Source: a virus
Lineage: Duplodnaviria > Caudoviricetes
Strand: one strand, 5' to 3'
DNA length: 51,579 bases
Virus record (IMG/VR): IMGVR_UViG_3300032047_000023
Span: 1-51,579 of that record
The notes below the pieces were generated by a model, which had not been told where the DNA came from, made no database searches, and saw nothing but the letters and a program-made list of their open reading frames with translations. Shown in pieces: positions 9,584-17,989 of the stretch (positions are counted from its first letter, which is position 1; every line of letters starts with the position of its first letter). Position numbers and translations under genes: made by a program.

Positions 9584-11701
9584 TTAAATTGGTGTTTGAC
9601 CAGTATTTCCTGAAAAGCCTTGCTCTCCTGGAACTGGAGCACCACCTACATTTATTGCACCTGCATCAGGGGCTCCACCACTAGCACCCATAGCTGCTTG
9701 CATTGCTGCTGCTTCTGCATTAGGGTCTACTTCTGGTGGATTAGCTTCTTGGAATTTTCTTAATATCTCAGCTTGCACTGCTGCTTCAGATAAACTATTA
9801 GCAACTTTATCAGCATCTAAGTCCATTGACTCAGCAATCTCACGTATAACATAATCCATTTTAGCAAAAGGTGCTAGAGCAGGGTTTTGTACAACTTGTA
9901 AGAACTGCATCAGACGTTGACTACGTACTTCGTTAGCCATTAGAGATGATGTACCTTGTGCTTTAACTTCTAAGTCCCCTTTAATCTCTTCATCAAAGTC
10001 AAATTGCATATTAAAAGAAAAGAAAGCTTTACCTAGAGGTCCTAATAAATAATCGTCTACGTTCTTAATTACTGTACGTACAGAGCCGTTAGCTGCTGAC
10101 ATAAGCATGGATATACCAGACGCTGTACGTCCAACACCTGAGACACCTGTTTGACCGTGAGCAAAGCTAGGTAGGCCAGTAGATTCATCAGACAACTGAC
10201 GAGCCTTATCAAACATCTGCATATTCTCATTGGATACGTTAGGAAACTTAGTACCAAAAATAGCTTGACCAGGAGCCCCACCGCTTCTTCGGAAGACTTT
10301 CCCTGGATAAATATCTAAGCTTTGACCTGGAGTTAAGTTGTTTTCATCTACTTCTATTAATAAGTTACCTGATAAAGCAGCATTATCTACTGCCATACGC
10401 ATAAAACCGTTCATAAGAGTTTGTGTATCGTCCATATTCTCTGCTAAACCCACCCCAAAGAATGAGTAAGGATTTACTTCGTAAGGTACAGCGTAATAAG
10501 GAATGATCTGTGGACTAAATGGGTTCATAACCAAACGTATTACCTGTCCGTTACAAATCCAAATATTACAATTAAGTTGTTCAGCATCTTTAAGTTCTGA
10601 AGGAATATCTACATCGTGATCTTCAAGAACATCAGCGTCAACATAACCCCAAAACTCTAAGACCTCATAACGCTCTGTAGCTGTTTCTTGGCTATCGTCT
10701 TCCATAGCCTGTTCCCACCACTCTTTAGAGTAAGACTGCCCAAACGATAAAGCTAAATCAACAGCATTCTTACGAAAGAATGGACGTTTCTTAAGAGAAC
10801 GTACTTGTGTTCTAGACATTTTATGTCGTTCTACTACATATTCTGCTTCGTCCATAGAATTAGCGTCAGGGTCTGGGTAAAAGTTCCAAACAGACACGGC
10901 ATCACACTGAGGCATTGTTTTAATACGAGGTTTATAGTTACCTTCGTCGTCCCAGTTAGGATATTCTTTATCTACTGCAAAAGGGCCTTTCATAACACCA
11001 GTGCCAAACAAAGCACATTCAAAAGCAGCTGTTCTAAGTTTCTTAGATGCACCTGATTCTTCTAACTGGTCATGTATTTTCTTTTCCATCTTCTTAGCTG
11101 CGACCATTGCAGGATGTACGGTTACTTCAGTAGCAGTTTTACCTTCACCTTCCTCCATAATATCGGCCACTGGAGCCAGTGAATCGGCTAATCCACCTAA
11201 TCGTTCCATAAGGTCTGGAATAGTCTCTCCTGGGCGTAATTTGGCATCCTCTGGGCTAATATCAGAGCTATCTTGACCTTTTGCTTTCTGCATATCAGGG
11301 TTAGACTCAAAATGCATTGCTTCTGCAATACCTTCAGGTAGTCTAGTAGGGTCTATTGAGATTGGAAACTTATTATTACCAAATAAAACTTCTACTAACT
11401 GACCATAAGCCGCTAATACTTTAGTTTTAGTAACTTTAACAAAGATTCTAGACTTTTCAGTACTTGTAAAAGCTACATCAGGGCCATAAATACCCCTATA
11501 ATTACGGTATGATTTAACCCAACGCTCTTCGTCTGTGTATCTAGCTGTTTCAGCTCTTTTAAAACGATCAGTAACATAAGAAACTACTTTACCAACAGGC
11601 TCATCTGATGTTTCACCTTCTGGTATGTCGTCTATGTAAGAAGATTCTGAGTCTTCCATAACCGTCTCTAGTTCTTGTTCGTCCATTTCGTACTTATCCA
11701 T
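9584..11701 (-). CDS. Portal protein
   Basis: 705 aa; follows TerL; WNFYPDPDA, EYVVERHKM and RTASGISMLM motifs. Confidence 0.9.
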   Translation of the reverse strand: MDKYEMDEQELETVMEDSESSYIDDIPEGETSDEPVGKVVSYVTDRFKRAETARYTDEERWVKSYRNYRGIYGPDVAFTSTEKSRIFVKVTKTKVLAAYGQLVEVLFGNNKFPISIDPTRLPEGIAEAMHFESNPDMQKAKGQDSSDISPEDAKLRPGETIPDLMERLGGLADSLAPVADIMEEGEGKTATEVTVHPAMVAAKKMEKKIHDQLEESGASKKLRTAAFECALFGTGVMKGPFAVDKEYPNWDDEGNYKPRIKTMPQCDAVSVWNFYPDPDANSMDEAEYVVERHKMSRTQVRSLKKRPFFRKNAVDLALSFGQSYSKEWWEQAMEDDSQETATERYEVLEFWGYVDADVLEDHDVDIPSELKDAEQLNCNIWICNGQVIRLVMNPFSPQIIPYYAVPYEVNPYSFFGVGLAENMDDTQTLMNGFMRMAVDNAALSGNLLIEVDENNLTPGQSLDIYPGKVFRRSGGAPGQAIFGTKFPNVSNENMQMFDKARQLSDESTGLPSFAHGQTGVSGVGRTASGISMLMSAANGSVRTVIKNVDDYLLGPLGKAFFSFNMQFDFDEEIKGDLEVKAQGTSSLMANEVRSQRLMQFLQVVQNPALAPFAKMDYVIREIAESMDLDADKVANSLSEAAVQAEILRKFQEANPPEVDPNAEAAAMQAAMGASGGAPDAGAINVGGAPVPGEQGFSGNTGQTPI

Positions 11702-11710
11702 GTTTATTCC

Positions 11711-13306
11711 TTAGTAGCCAAAGGTGGGGTCAGACATTTGAAAGCCTGATCGTTGTGTAGATGGGTCATAATCCCAAAGAGAGGACCTAGGTCTAGTCAT
11801 TAATCCGTATCTTAAAGCATCATATCCGTGATCAATAGGACTTTTAGTATCTACATCTTCAAGATTATTCTTATCAAGAGGAAGAGAGGGTAATTCTGAT
11901 ATTAGGTTACGACAAGTGTTAAAGAATACTATCCTAGGCTCTTCTGTAAACTCATCTATTTGTAGTCGTCTATGTATTTCGTTTTTACCTGCAATACGTG
12001 ATCCTTTAGATCGATCTGATGGTCTCCATCTACATCCTTTTTGAATCATTTGCTCAGCTAATGATGGTCCAGTGTCTCCTCTGTTATGCCACAAAGAACT
12101 ATCTAAGACCCCATACCTTATCTTTTCACCTTTTTCTATTTCTATTATCATATCTGCTAAATCAGAAGCAGTAGTTTTATTTACGTAGAGTTCCCTATAT
12201 ATAACTATTTGTTCACTAGGGGCTACTGCAAACCATAATACTGCTGTCATAGAACCATATCCGTAGTCACATGCTCTAAATTTAGCCCAACTACTTGGTA
12301 TCTCGTAAGGCTCTACTACATGCTTTTTAGGGTTAAACTCTGAAAAAGCTGCACCCTCAGATATACTCCAGTCACCGTCTAGCAACTGCCTACGTTGATG
12401 CTCTGGCATTGATAGCAAATTAGCCTCATACATACCGTCTTCGGCTAAGTATGGGTTATTAAATAAATTAGCAGGTATAAACCTACGTTTAAATAAAGGC
12501 TCACCTTCTCTTGTGTGACCCTTAGGCCAAGCTATTATCTCACCGTTTTCATCTGTAGCATGGAATGATGTATTAGCAGGAGCTGGGTCTATAAAAGTCT
12601 TTTTAACCCAAAAATGACCTGGGCCACCTGGGTTTGTGGTTGCTCTCATATAGAGAGGTAGTTTAGAGGAACTAGTAGCACGTAAACGTGATCTCATATA
12701 ATTCCAAGCAAAAGGAGAAGGCCATTGTGTAAGCTCGTCGAGCCCTATCCAGTTAAAGGCTTGCCCCTGGTATCTCATAACGTCATCATCTCTATCAAGA
12801 TATGACATCCATAAAGTAGCTCCACTAGGTGCTACCCAAGTCTTATCTCTTTCCATAAACTTAATACCTGGGACAGCTTTTGGGTATAGTTGTTTAGATA
12901 CTGAAATAAGTTCTCTTAATTCTTCTGTACTACGTCTAACAAGAAGACCTCTAGAGTGAGGGTTGTTAAAATATCGAACAGGGTCTGCAACCATTGCATA
13001 TGATTTACCACCACCTGCTGCCCCACCATATAAAACTTCCTGCTCACTAGAAGCTAGGAAGTCTTCCTGAGGACCAGGATTAGGAGCAAATATAATGTCT
13101 TGAGCTTTTTTGACATCTATTGGCTCTGGTTTAGGCGTAGCAAAAGTAGGAGTAACCTCAGGGGTCTGTGTAAAGTTTTCTTGTACCTTTTCCACCGAGT
13201 CTTTCTTCTTCGATGACACGGGCTTTTTCACTGGCTTCTTGGTAACGCCTTGCATAGTCTCTATGGGCTGAGGCCGTGTACCTTCTTTTTTCTTCGATGC
13301 TGACAC
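11711..13306 (-). CDS. terL: Terminase large subunit (start uncertain; overlaps upstream gene)
   Basis: Walker A YGGAAGGGKS, Walker B IGLDE, TTNPGG, nuclease DYGY and DHGYDALRY motifs. Confidence 0.95.
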   Translation of the reverse strand: MSASKKKEGTRPQPIETMQGVTKKPVKKPVSSKKKDSVEKVQENFTQTPEVTPTFATPKPEPIDVKKAQDIIFAPNPGPQEDFLASSEQEVLYGGAAGGGKSYAMVADPVRYFNNPHSRGLLVRRSTEELRELISVSKQLYPKAVPGIKFMERDKTWVAPSGATLWMSYLDRDDDVMRYQGQAFNWIGLDELTQWPSPFAWNYMRSRLRATSSSKLPLYMRATTNPGGPGHFWVKKTFIDPAPANTSFHATDENGEIIAWPKGHTREGEPLFKRRFIPANLFNNPYLAEDGMYEANLLSMPEHQRRQLLDGDWSISEGAAFSEFNPKKHVVEPYEIPSSWAKFRACDYGYGSMTAVLWFAVAPSEQIVIYRELYVNKTTASDLADMIIEIEKGEKIRYGVLDSSLWHNRGDTGPSLAEQMIQKGCRWRPSDRSKGSRIAGKNEIHRRLQIDEFTEEPRIVFFNTCRNLISELPSLPLDKNNLEDVDTKSPIDHGYDALRYGLMTRPRSSLWDYDPSTQRSGFQMSDPTFGY

Positions 13307-13598
13307 GTTTGTTTAATCCTACATGTGAGATATATCTACCTGATTGCTCTGTAAGCCATCTAGCTACAAGTCTTAAACTATATTCTTTTAAGTACTTTTT
13401 AGCTTGTTCTAGCATCTCTAGCTGATCAGGTATTGGCTGAAGTATATCTTTATCTTCTTCGTCTTGCGAATATCCAAAAGGTATATGTCTACCTACTCTT
13501 ACTATTGGGTAGTACTCTCCGTCTAAACCCCTCTTAGGAATCTTCCAAGATTGATCGACAGGGATAGCAGTTAGTGTAGGGGCTTGCTTTCTAGCCAT
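13158..13598 (-). CDS. DNA-binding protein resembling the stand-alone recombinase (RD) domain of large serine recombinases
   Basis: IPFGY...SLRLVARWL...ISHVGLNKR pattern; no catalytic resolvase domain. Confidence 0.55.
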   Translation of the reverse strand: MARKQAPTLTAIPVDQSWKIPKRGLDGEYYPIVRVGRHIPFGYSQDEEDKDILQPIPDQLEMLEQAKKYLKEYSLRLVARWLTEQSGRYISHVGLNKRVSIEEKRRYTASAHRDYARRYQEASEKARVIEEERLGGKGTRKLYTDP

Positions 13599-13627
13599 CT
13601 TATATCACACACACATTAGTTTGTCAA
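13599..13627 (-). promoter_or_regulatory. Sigma70-like promoter abutting the ATG at 13598
   Basis: TTGACA-17nt-TATAAG immediately followed by ATG. Confidence 0.5.
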
Positions 13628-13631
13628 GTTG

Positions 13632-14123
13632 TTATTTAGAACTTCTTTTTTGAGTCCCTGGGTTGGATGCACCACACATAACGTATCCACCTTTTTTATA
13701 ACCCATCTTTTTAGCTACAGCTGGTGCAGCTTTCTTTAAAGCTTTCATACCTTTAGACATTGGTTTTTTAACAACACCGCCGTGTTTATAACCTGTTTTT
13801 TTCATATCTGAATCTTTCATCATTGTGCCATCTGGCATTTTATGATAACCTTTTTTCATAACTACTCCTCCTTCGTTAGCTCTAAACTTAGCAGTCTTTT
13901 CTGCTATCTTTTTTGGTTGTTTAACGAACTGTTTACCAGACGCTTTACCTTTACGTTTAGCAGCAGATGTTGCTGCGTACTCTTGACTCGATAAGGCATC
14001 TCTAGCTGCTTTAGGTAAATACCTTTCACCAGTAGCTTTTTTGCCTTGAGTAGATGGTTTACCTGATTTAGTACCCCATTTTTCTTTAGTCCATTTATTA
14101 AGTGATCTTTGAGGAGCCTTCAT
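13632..14123 (-). CDS. Basic protein, C-terminal half of a DUF5872-like family plus GG-motif tail
   Basis: SLNKWTKEKW, ERYLPKAA and GKQFVKQP motifs. Confidence 0.6.
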   Translation of the reverse strand: MKAPQRSLNKWTKEKWGTKSGKPSTQGKKATGERYLPKAARDALSSQEYAATSAAKRKGKASGKQFVKQPKKIAEKTAKFRANEGGVVMKKGYHKMPDGTMMKDSDMKKTGYKHGGVVKKPMSKGMKALKKAAPAVAKKMGYKKGGYVMCGASNPGTQKRSSK

Positions 14124-14308
14124 TTCTTATAACCTCCACCTGCAGCTTTGTATTGCTTAGCAAGCATTTGGGCTTTACGAGCTGACCATTGACCTGCTGC
14201 CCCACCTTTGCTTCCTGCCTTGATCTTAGCAAATAGTCTTTTACGCATTGTAGGTTTAGTATAGTTTCCTGATGCATTTACTTTTGATTTTGTTTTAGAT
14301 GCTGCCAT
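14120..14308 (-). CDS. Basic protein, N-terminal half of a DUF5872-like family
   Basis: YTKPTMRKRL..IKAGSKGG..GQWSARKAQMLAKQYKAAGGGY; ATGA overlap with next gene. Confidence 0.65.
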   Translation of the reverse strand: MAASKTKSKVNASGNYTKPTMRKRLFAKIKAGSKGGAAGQWSARKAQMLAKQYKAAGGGYKK

Positions 14309-14321
14309 TTGCCTATCCTAA

Positions 14322-14693
14322 CTATATATTTCTAGAAGGGTCATAATACTCTTCAACAGATACCATAATATCCATAGTGTTTGTAGTTTCACTATATGCT
14401 ACTATTTTATCACCTGCATGTAAGTTAAAAAACCCACCATTAACTAAGTTATCAACAGAGTGGCCTGGCATGCTTAAACCATTTGCAATATAATGATACT
14501 GGTCATCATCTTTGTGATAAAACTGAACATATACTTTTTTATTTGAAGGATTATTATTGCTTATGTGAAGATACCTAACAATAGCACTGAAATTATTTGG
14601 ACAAGTGTATAATACTGTAGCATTAGCATCTGCAGCTATAGAATCTACAAGATAACCTTGAGTATGAAACTTAGTATTATCTAACCTAGCCAT
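14322..14693 (-). CDS. Small beta-sandwich protein, possibly virion structural; start re-called at ATG 14693
   Basis: TVLYTCP...LHAGDKIVA pattern; ATG 2 nt after the upstream stop. Confidence 0.55.
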   Translation of the reverse strand: MARLDNTKFHTQGYLVDSIAADANATVLYTCPNNFSAIVRYLHISNNNPSNKKVYVQFYHKDDDQYHYIANGLSMPGHSVDNLVNGGFFNLHAGDKIVAYSETTNTMDIMVSVEEYYDPSRNI

Positions 14694-14694
14694 A

Positions 14695-14994
14695 CTACCA
14701 CTTAGCCTTATCAGCCCAGTAAGCGGCACTCATTTTACCTTTAGCAATGTTCTTGCCATGTCTAGCTTTAAATGATGCTCTTTTCTTCTTCATCTTTGCT
14801 GATTCACCTGCTTTAGGTTTACCTGCAGTGCTAGCTCCTTGCTCACCAAAACGAATAGTCTTAATCTTGTCGCCAACTTTAGCAACAACAACATGAGACT
14901 TTTTAGGGTGGTTAGGTGTTCTTTTAGGTTTATTAAAACCTGATACACCTGCTCTAGCTAGTCTAGGGTCTTTCTTTGGTTTCTTATCAGCCAT
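14695..14994 (-). CDS. Small, very basic conserved phage protein
   Basis: IRFGEQG...RASFKARH...SAAYWADKAKW motif. Confidence 0.65.
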   Translation of the reverse strand: MADKKPKKDPRLARAGVSGFNKPKRTPNHPKKSHVVVAKVGDKIKTIRFGEQGASTAGKPKAGESAKMKKKRASFKARHGKNIAKGKMSAAYWADKAKW

Positions 14995-14995
14995 A

Positions 14996-15361
14996 CTAAT
15001 CTTTCTTTTTAGCTGGTAGTATAAATACAGGTTCTGCTGTAGATACTTCTACCTTTTCTGTTTTAACGAATCCTGCTCTATCCATAAGGTCTTTTGCAGC
15101 TGTCATCTTTTCTTTAGCACCTAACATATCTACATCACCCATTACTTTGAACATTGTATATGCAGCTTTAGTGGAAGACTGTGCTATAAACTTACGAGTA
15201 AGGTCTGCTATCTCGTCTACTAGAGAAGCTGTAACTGATGAAGTTGGAACATTATCGGAGTATCCAGCAAGTTTCTTTGCTTTTAAAGGATCACCCTCTG
15301 CTTGTTCAAATAGAACAGCTAAAAATAACTCTTGTTTTTCTGTGAGGGCTCTTTTTGTCAT
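14996..15361 (-). CDS. Terminase small subunit (putative)
   Basis: LTEKQELFL...AKKLAGYS HTH signature and MDRAG..KTEKVEV tail. Confidence 0.65.
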   Translation of the reverse strand: MTKRALTEKQELFLAVLFEQAEGDPLKAKKLAGYSDNVPTSSVTASLVDEIADLTRKFIAQSSTKAAYTMFKVMGDVDMLGAKEKMTAAKDLMDRAGFVKTEKVEVSTAEPVFILPAKKKD

Positions 15362-15362
15362 A

Positions 15363-15629
15363 TTACACCTTTACCCATGCTTCATTTATATCTAAAGTTT
15401 CTGGGTCATCTGCTATAAAGTGACCATCTTCGTTTCTAGCTCTTTTATACTTAATCTCTTCTTTAGTTTCTACTTTATTTACAATATCTACTATTTCTTT
15501 AATATCACATATAAAGGAACCATAGGGGTCTGTAACACCTACGACATCTCCTCTAGAAGTAACTACTTGGTCAGAAGACACAAAGTACCCAATACTTTTT
15601 AGTTCACTCTTGTGTTTTTTTAAATCCAT
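15363..15629 (-). CDS. Hypothetical protein
   Basis: Coupled to neighbours; C-terminal RARNEDGHFIADDPET..NEAW motif. Confidence 0.6.
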   Translation of the reverse strand: MDLKKHKSELKSIGYFVSSDQVVTSRGDVVGVTDPYGSFICDIKEIVDIVNKVETKEEIKYKRARNEDGHFIADDPETLDINEAWVKV

Positions 15630-15955
15630 TACTTACCCCTTTTATGAGTACCTGGGTTAGAAGCACCACATACAACATACCCACCTTTATTGTACTTACT
15701 TGCTTCTGCTTTACGTGAAAAACTACGATTAGTGCCCTTAAGTTGAACCCTTAAATTCTTTACAGAATTATCTTTAGAGTTACGGTTCTTATGGTCGACA
15801 TCTTTACCGTCTCCTTTTTTTACTAATCCACCTTTTTCTAACATACGTCTAGCTGCTTTACGTGAACGATTAGCCGCTAAGTCTGACTTAGGTGACTTAA
15901 GCTGTAGAGCACGTTCTCTCTTATAGTCTCTTTTATATCCTGGTGAACTTGGCAT
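15629..15955 (-). CDS. HNH endonuclease-like protein
   Basis: DGKDVDHKNRNSKDNSVKNLRV...NRS. Confidence 0.8.
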   Translation of the reverse strand: MPSSPGYKRDYKRERALQLKSPKSDLAANRSRKAARRMLEKGGLVKKGDGKDVDHKNRNSKDNSVKNLRVQLKGTNRSFSRKAEASKYNKGGYVVCGASNPGTHKRGK

Positions 15956-16098
15956 CAGTAATCAAACAAACAAATAGAGGTTAGTACTGTACCACTCTTT
16001 AATTTAAAAGTAAATGATATAGAAGCAGGGTCTAGTTTCCAACACCCAAAACATTTATTACAAGGTTTATCCTTGTTATTCCAACAGTAACCTAGCAT
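15955..16098 (-). CDS. 47-aa Cys-rich protein missing from the ORF track (MLGYCWNNKDKPCNKCFGCWKLDP...)
   Basis: AAGGA RBS; ATG directly after the holin stop; TGATG overlap with the HNH gene; fills the gap exactly. Confidence 0.55.
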   Translation of the reverse strand: MLGYCWNNKDKPCNKCFGCWKLDPASISFTFKLKSGTVLTSICLFDY

Positions 16099-16515
16099 TT
16101 ATTTTCCTTTACTTGGGTTTGTCCACTTATCTACCATCTTTTCTCCAGAACGACCAACAACGTAGCCTCCAACACCAAGAGTTAATAGATTCCAGAGTTG
16201 ATCAGGTAATTCTAATACGTTATTCATAATCTCTGGGTAAGCGATTGCTATTATAGGAAATACTAAATAGTTGACAGCTATAATAGCTATAACAATTAGC
16301 ATAAGGAGGGGTCTCCAAGAAGAGGTCAACCAGTTGCCTGACGAAGCTTCTGCTAGTATTATTTCACCACGTACCTTCTCTATTGAGTCAGCATGTTCTA
16401 GTAAGGCTAGCTTTGTTTCTCTTTCTATTTCTGCTCTTTTATCTGAATCAGGTATAATACGTTTTAACACGTCACCCATAATAGGAGTTAGAAGAGGTAA
16501 TAAAGTATTTATCAT
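16099..16515 (-). CDS. Holin, GTA 3-TM type
   Basis: WLTSSWRPLLM TM segment and LGVGGYVVGRSGEK motif. Confidence 0.8.
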   Translation of the reverse strand: MINTLLPLLTPIMGDVLKRIIPDSDKRAEIERETKLALLEHADSIEKVRGEIILAEASSGNWLTSSWRPLLMLIVIAIIAVNYLVFPIIAIAYPEIMNNVLELPDQLWNLLTLGVGGYVVGRSGEKMVDKWTNPSKGK

Positions 16516-16527
16516 TTTATTCTCGAA

Positions 16528-16752
16528 CTATAGTTCACAGGCATTCGCAGTTCTTGAGTGCTCATAGAATCTAGCGTTAGACCTTTTAGTTTCTATTTCA
16601 TTCATTTTAGTTATCTTTTCAGCGTATACTTCTGAAGAAAGTTTTATACCAAATAAACTTGGAACATTAACTAATAATACTGTTATTACTAGTCCGTAAA
16701 AAACACCTCTTATAATAGTAGGAATTAATAGCTTTTTATGTTCTTCAATCAC
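16528..16752 (-). CDS. Small membrane protein in the lysis cassette
   Basis: One hydrophobic segment; ATGA-type coupling to the upstream gene. Confidence 0.5.
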   Translation of the reverse strand: MIEEHKKLLIPTIIRGVFYGLVITVLLVNVPSLFGIKLSSEVYAEKITKMNEIETKRSNARFYEHSRTANACEL

Positions 16753-17003
16753 AAGACTAAACCTCCCTTTATAATAAACGTAAGTATACCACCTAGGATA
16801 GCACCTATAAACAATTTAACAATCCAACCAATAATACCATCAAAAGATTTTAACTTAGCTTTAGTTATATCAAGATAAATATTAATGTTGTTGATTTCTT
16901 CTTCCATATCACGGACAGTGTCTCTTAACTTAAATAGACGTTTTTCTAATTCATTTTGATCAGTTTGTAACGAGCGTATATCGTCAGCATTTCTATCACT
17001 CAT
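16749..17003 (-). CDS. Coiled-coil protein with C-terminal TM helix (XhlA/holin-like)
   Basis: Heptad N-terminus, then WIVKLFIGAILGGILTFII. Confidence 0.6.
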   Translation of the reverse strand: MSDRNADDIRSLQTDQNELEKRLFKLRDTVRDMEEEINNINIYLDITKAKLKSFDGIIGWIVKLFIGAILGGILTFIIKGGLVL

Positions 17004-17022
17004 GTCTATTCTCTCCCTAAGA

Positions 17023-17409
17023 CTACTTAGGGTATGTACCCCAAGATAATTGATAATGAGGCCCGTCTGGAAAGGATTTCCAATCTCCTCCCCAATCCAT
17101 GTCTATTTCTAATTCTTTTGCTGCTTGCTTCATAGCATCAGCTATCTTGTAGTATAAAGGCCAATCCCATCTCACCGAACCATCTACATAAGCACCTAGG
17201 TCTACCCCGTGTCCTGTTAAATGTCTAGAGTTCAAAGTTGTTGATGCACCCCTCGCGACTAACTCTTTTTGTCTATCCAGGGTACGCATACCCTCTAAAA
17301 CAGTAAAGTCTACTTCAGTTATTTTTATAGCTCTTTCAACTACAGCTACTAAGTCCTTATGAAGACCTTCTAACCTTTGTTTACTCCGCTTACCTAATCT
17401 ATATGTCAT
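17023..17409 (-). CDS. Endolysin, M15 (L-Ala-D-Glu) peptidase
   Basis: EGMRTLDRQ, SRHLTGHGVDL and WGGDWKSFPDGPHYQL motifs. Confidence 0.92.
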   Translation of the reverse strand: MTYRLGKRSKQRLEGLHKDLVAVVERAIKITEVDFTVLEGMRTLDRQKELVARGASTTLNSRHLTGHGVDLGAYVDGSVRWDWPLYYKIADAMKQAAKELEIDMDWGGDWKSFPDGPHYQLSWGTYPK

Positions 17410-17671
17410 AATCGTCTTCCCAATCCCTTTTACGTTTAGGGTCTAGCACATCTTTACTATCTAACTTCTTTTCTAAGAACATTGATCGTTCCATCCTGTC
17501 TAATGAAACCCAGTGTCCTGTATCCAAGTAATACTTTTCTCTTATATAGAAAACATCACTACGGGGAATATGTAGATTATACAAGGCTCTTAGGTCATCA
17601 TCTGCTAGAGCTTGAAAAAATGTGTTAAGGACATCATCGGATGAGTCGTATTTATCTTTAGGGGAGGTCAT
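17399..17671 (-). CDS. Hypothetical protein, first gene of the late arm
   Basis: 90-aa ORF directly downstream of the leftward promoters. Confidence 0.6.
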   Translation of the reverse strand: MTSPKDKYDSSDDVLNTFFQALADDDLRALYNLHIPRSDVFYIREKYYLDTGHWVSLDRMERSMFLEKKLDSKDVLDPKRKRDWEDDYDI

Positions 17672-17710
17672 TATGTCATCTTATTATTATTATTATTGTG
17701 ACTTCTGACA

Positions 17711-17989
17711 GTTATAACACATAGTGTTTTATAAGTCAAGGGGATTTTCAAAAAACTTATACTAAGTTATGCGACAAAGAAGAACTAATTCTAGCCTATA
17801 CTTAAAGTATTACTCTAAGTATTACTTATATTTATAATTAACTAGTAGTTGGACTAAACCATTATGTTTAACTTAAAGTATACTACTCGTATGTTATACC
17901 ACATAATGCCGCGAAGTCAACCCCTAATTTCATAATGTATACATATTAAAGCTTACGCTTAGTATACACTCAATATTCCCTCTTGTCAA
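17711..17989 (-). promoter_or_regulatory. Three tandem leftward sigma70-type promoters
   Basis: TTGACT-17-TATAAC (17739-17711), TTGACT-16-TATAAC (17920-17893), TTGACA-17-TATACT (17989-17961). Confidence 0.75.
17798..17881. repeat. Palindrome ATACTT-A-AAGTAT, cluster 1
   Basis: Perfect copy 17798-17810; near copy 17870-17881; degenerate copy 17811-17822. Confidence 0.7.

Noticed and set aside
13158-13598. Integrase indicating a temperate lifestyle
   Set aside because: Only a DNA-binding-like domain; no catalytic serine-recombinase domain, att site or repressor seen
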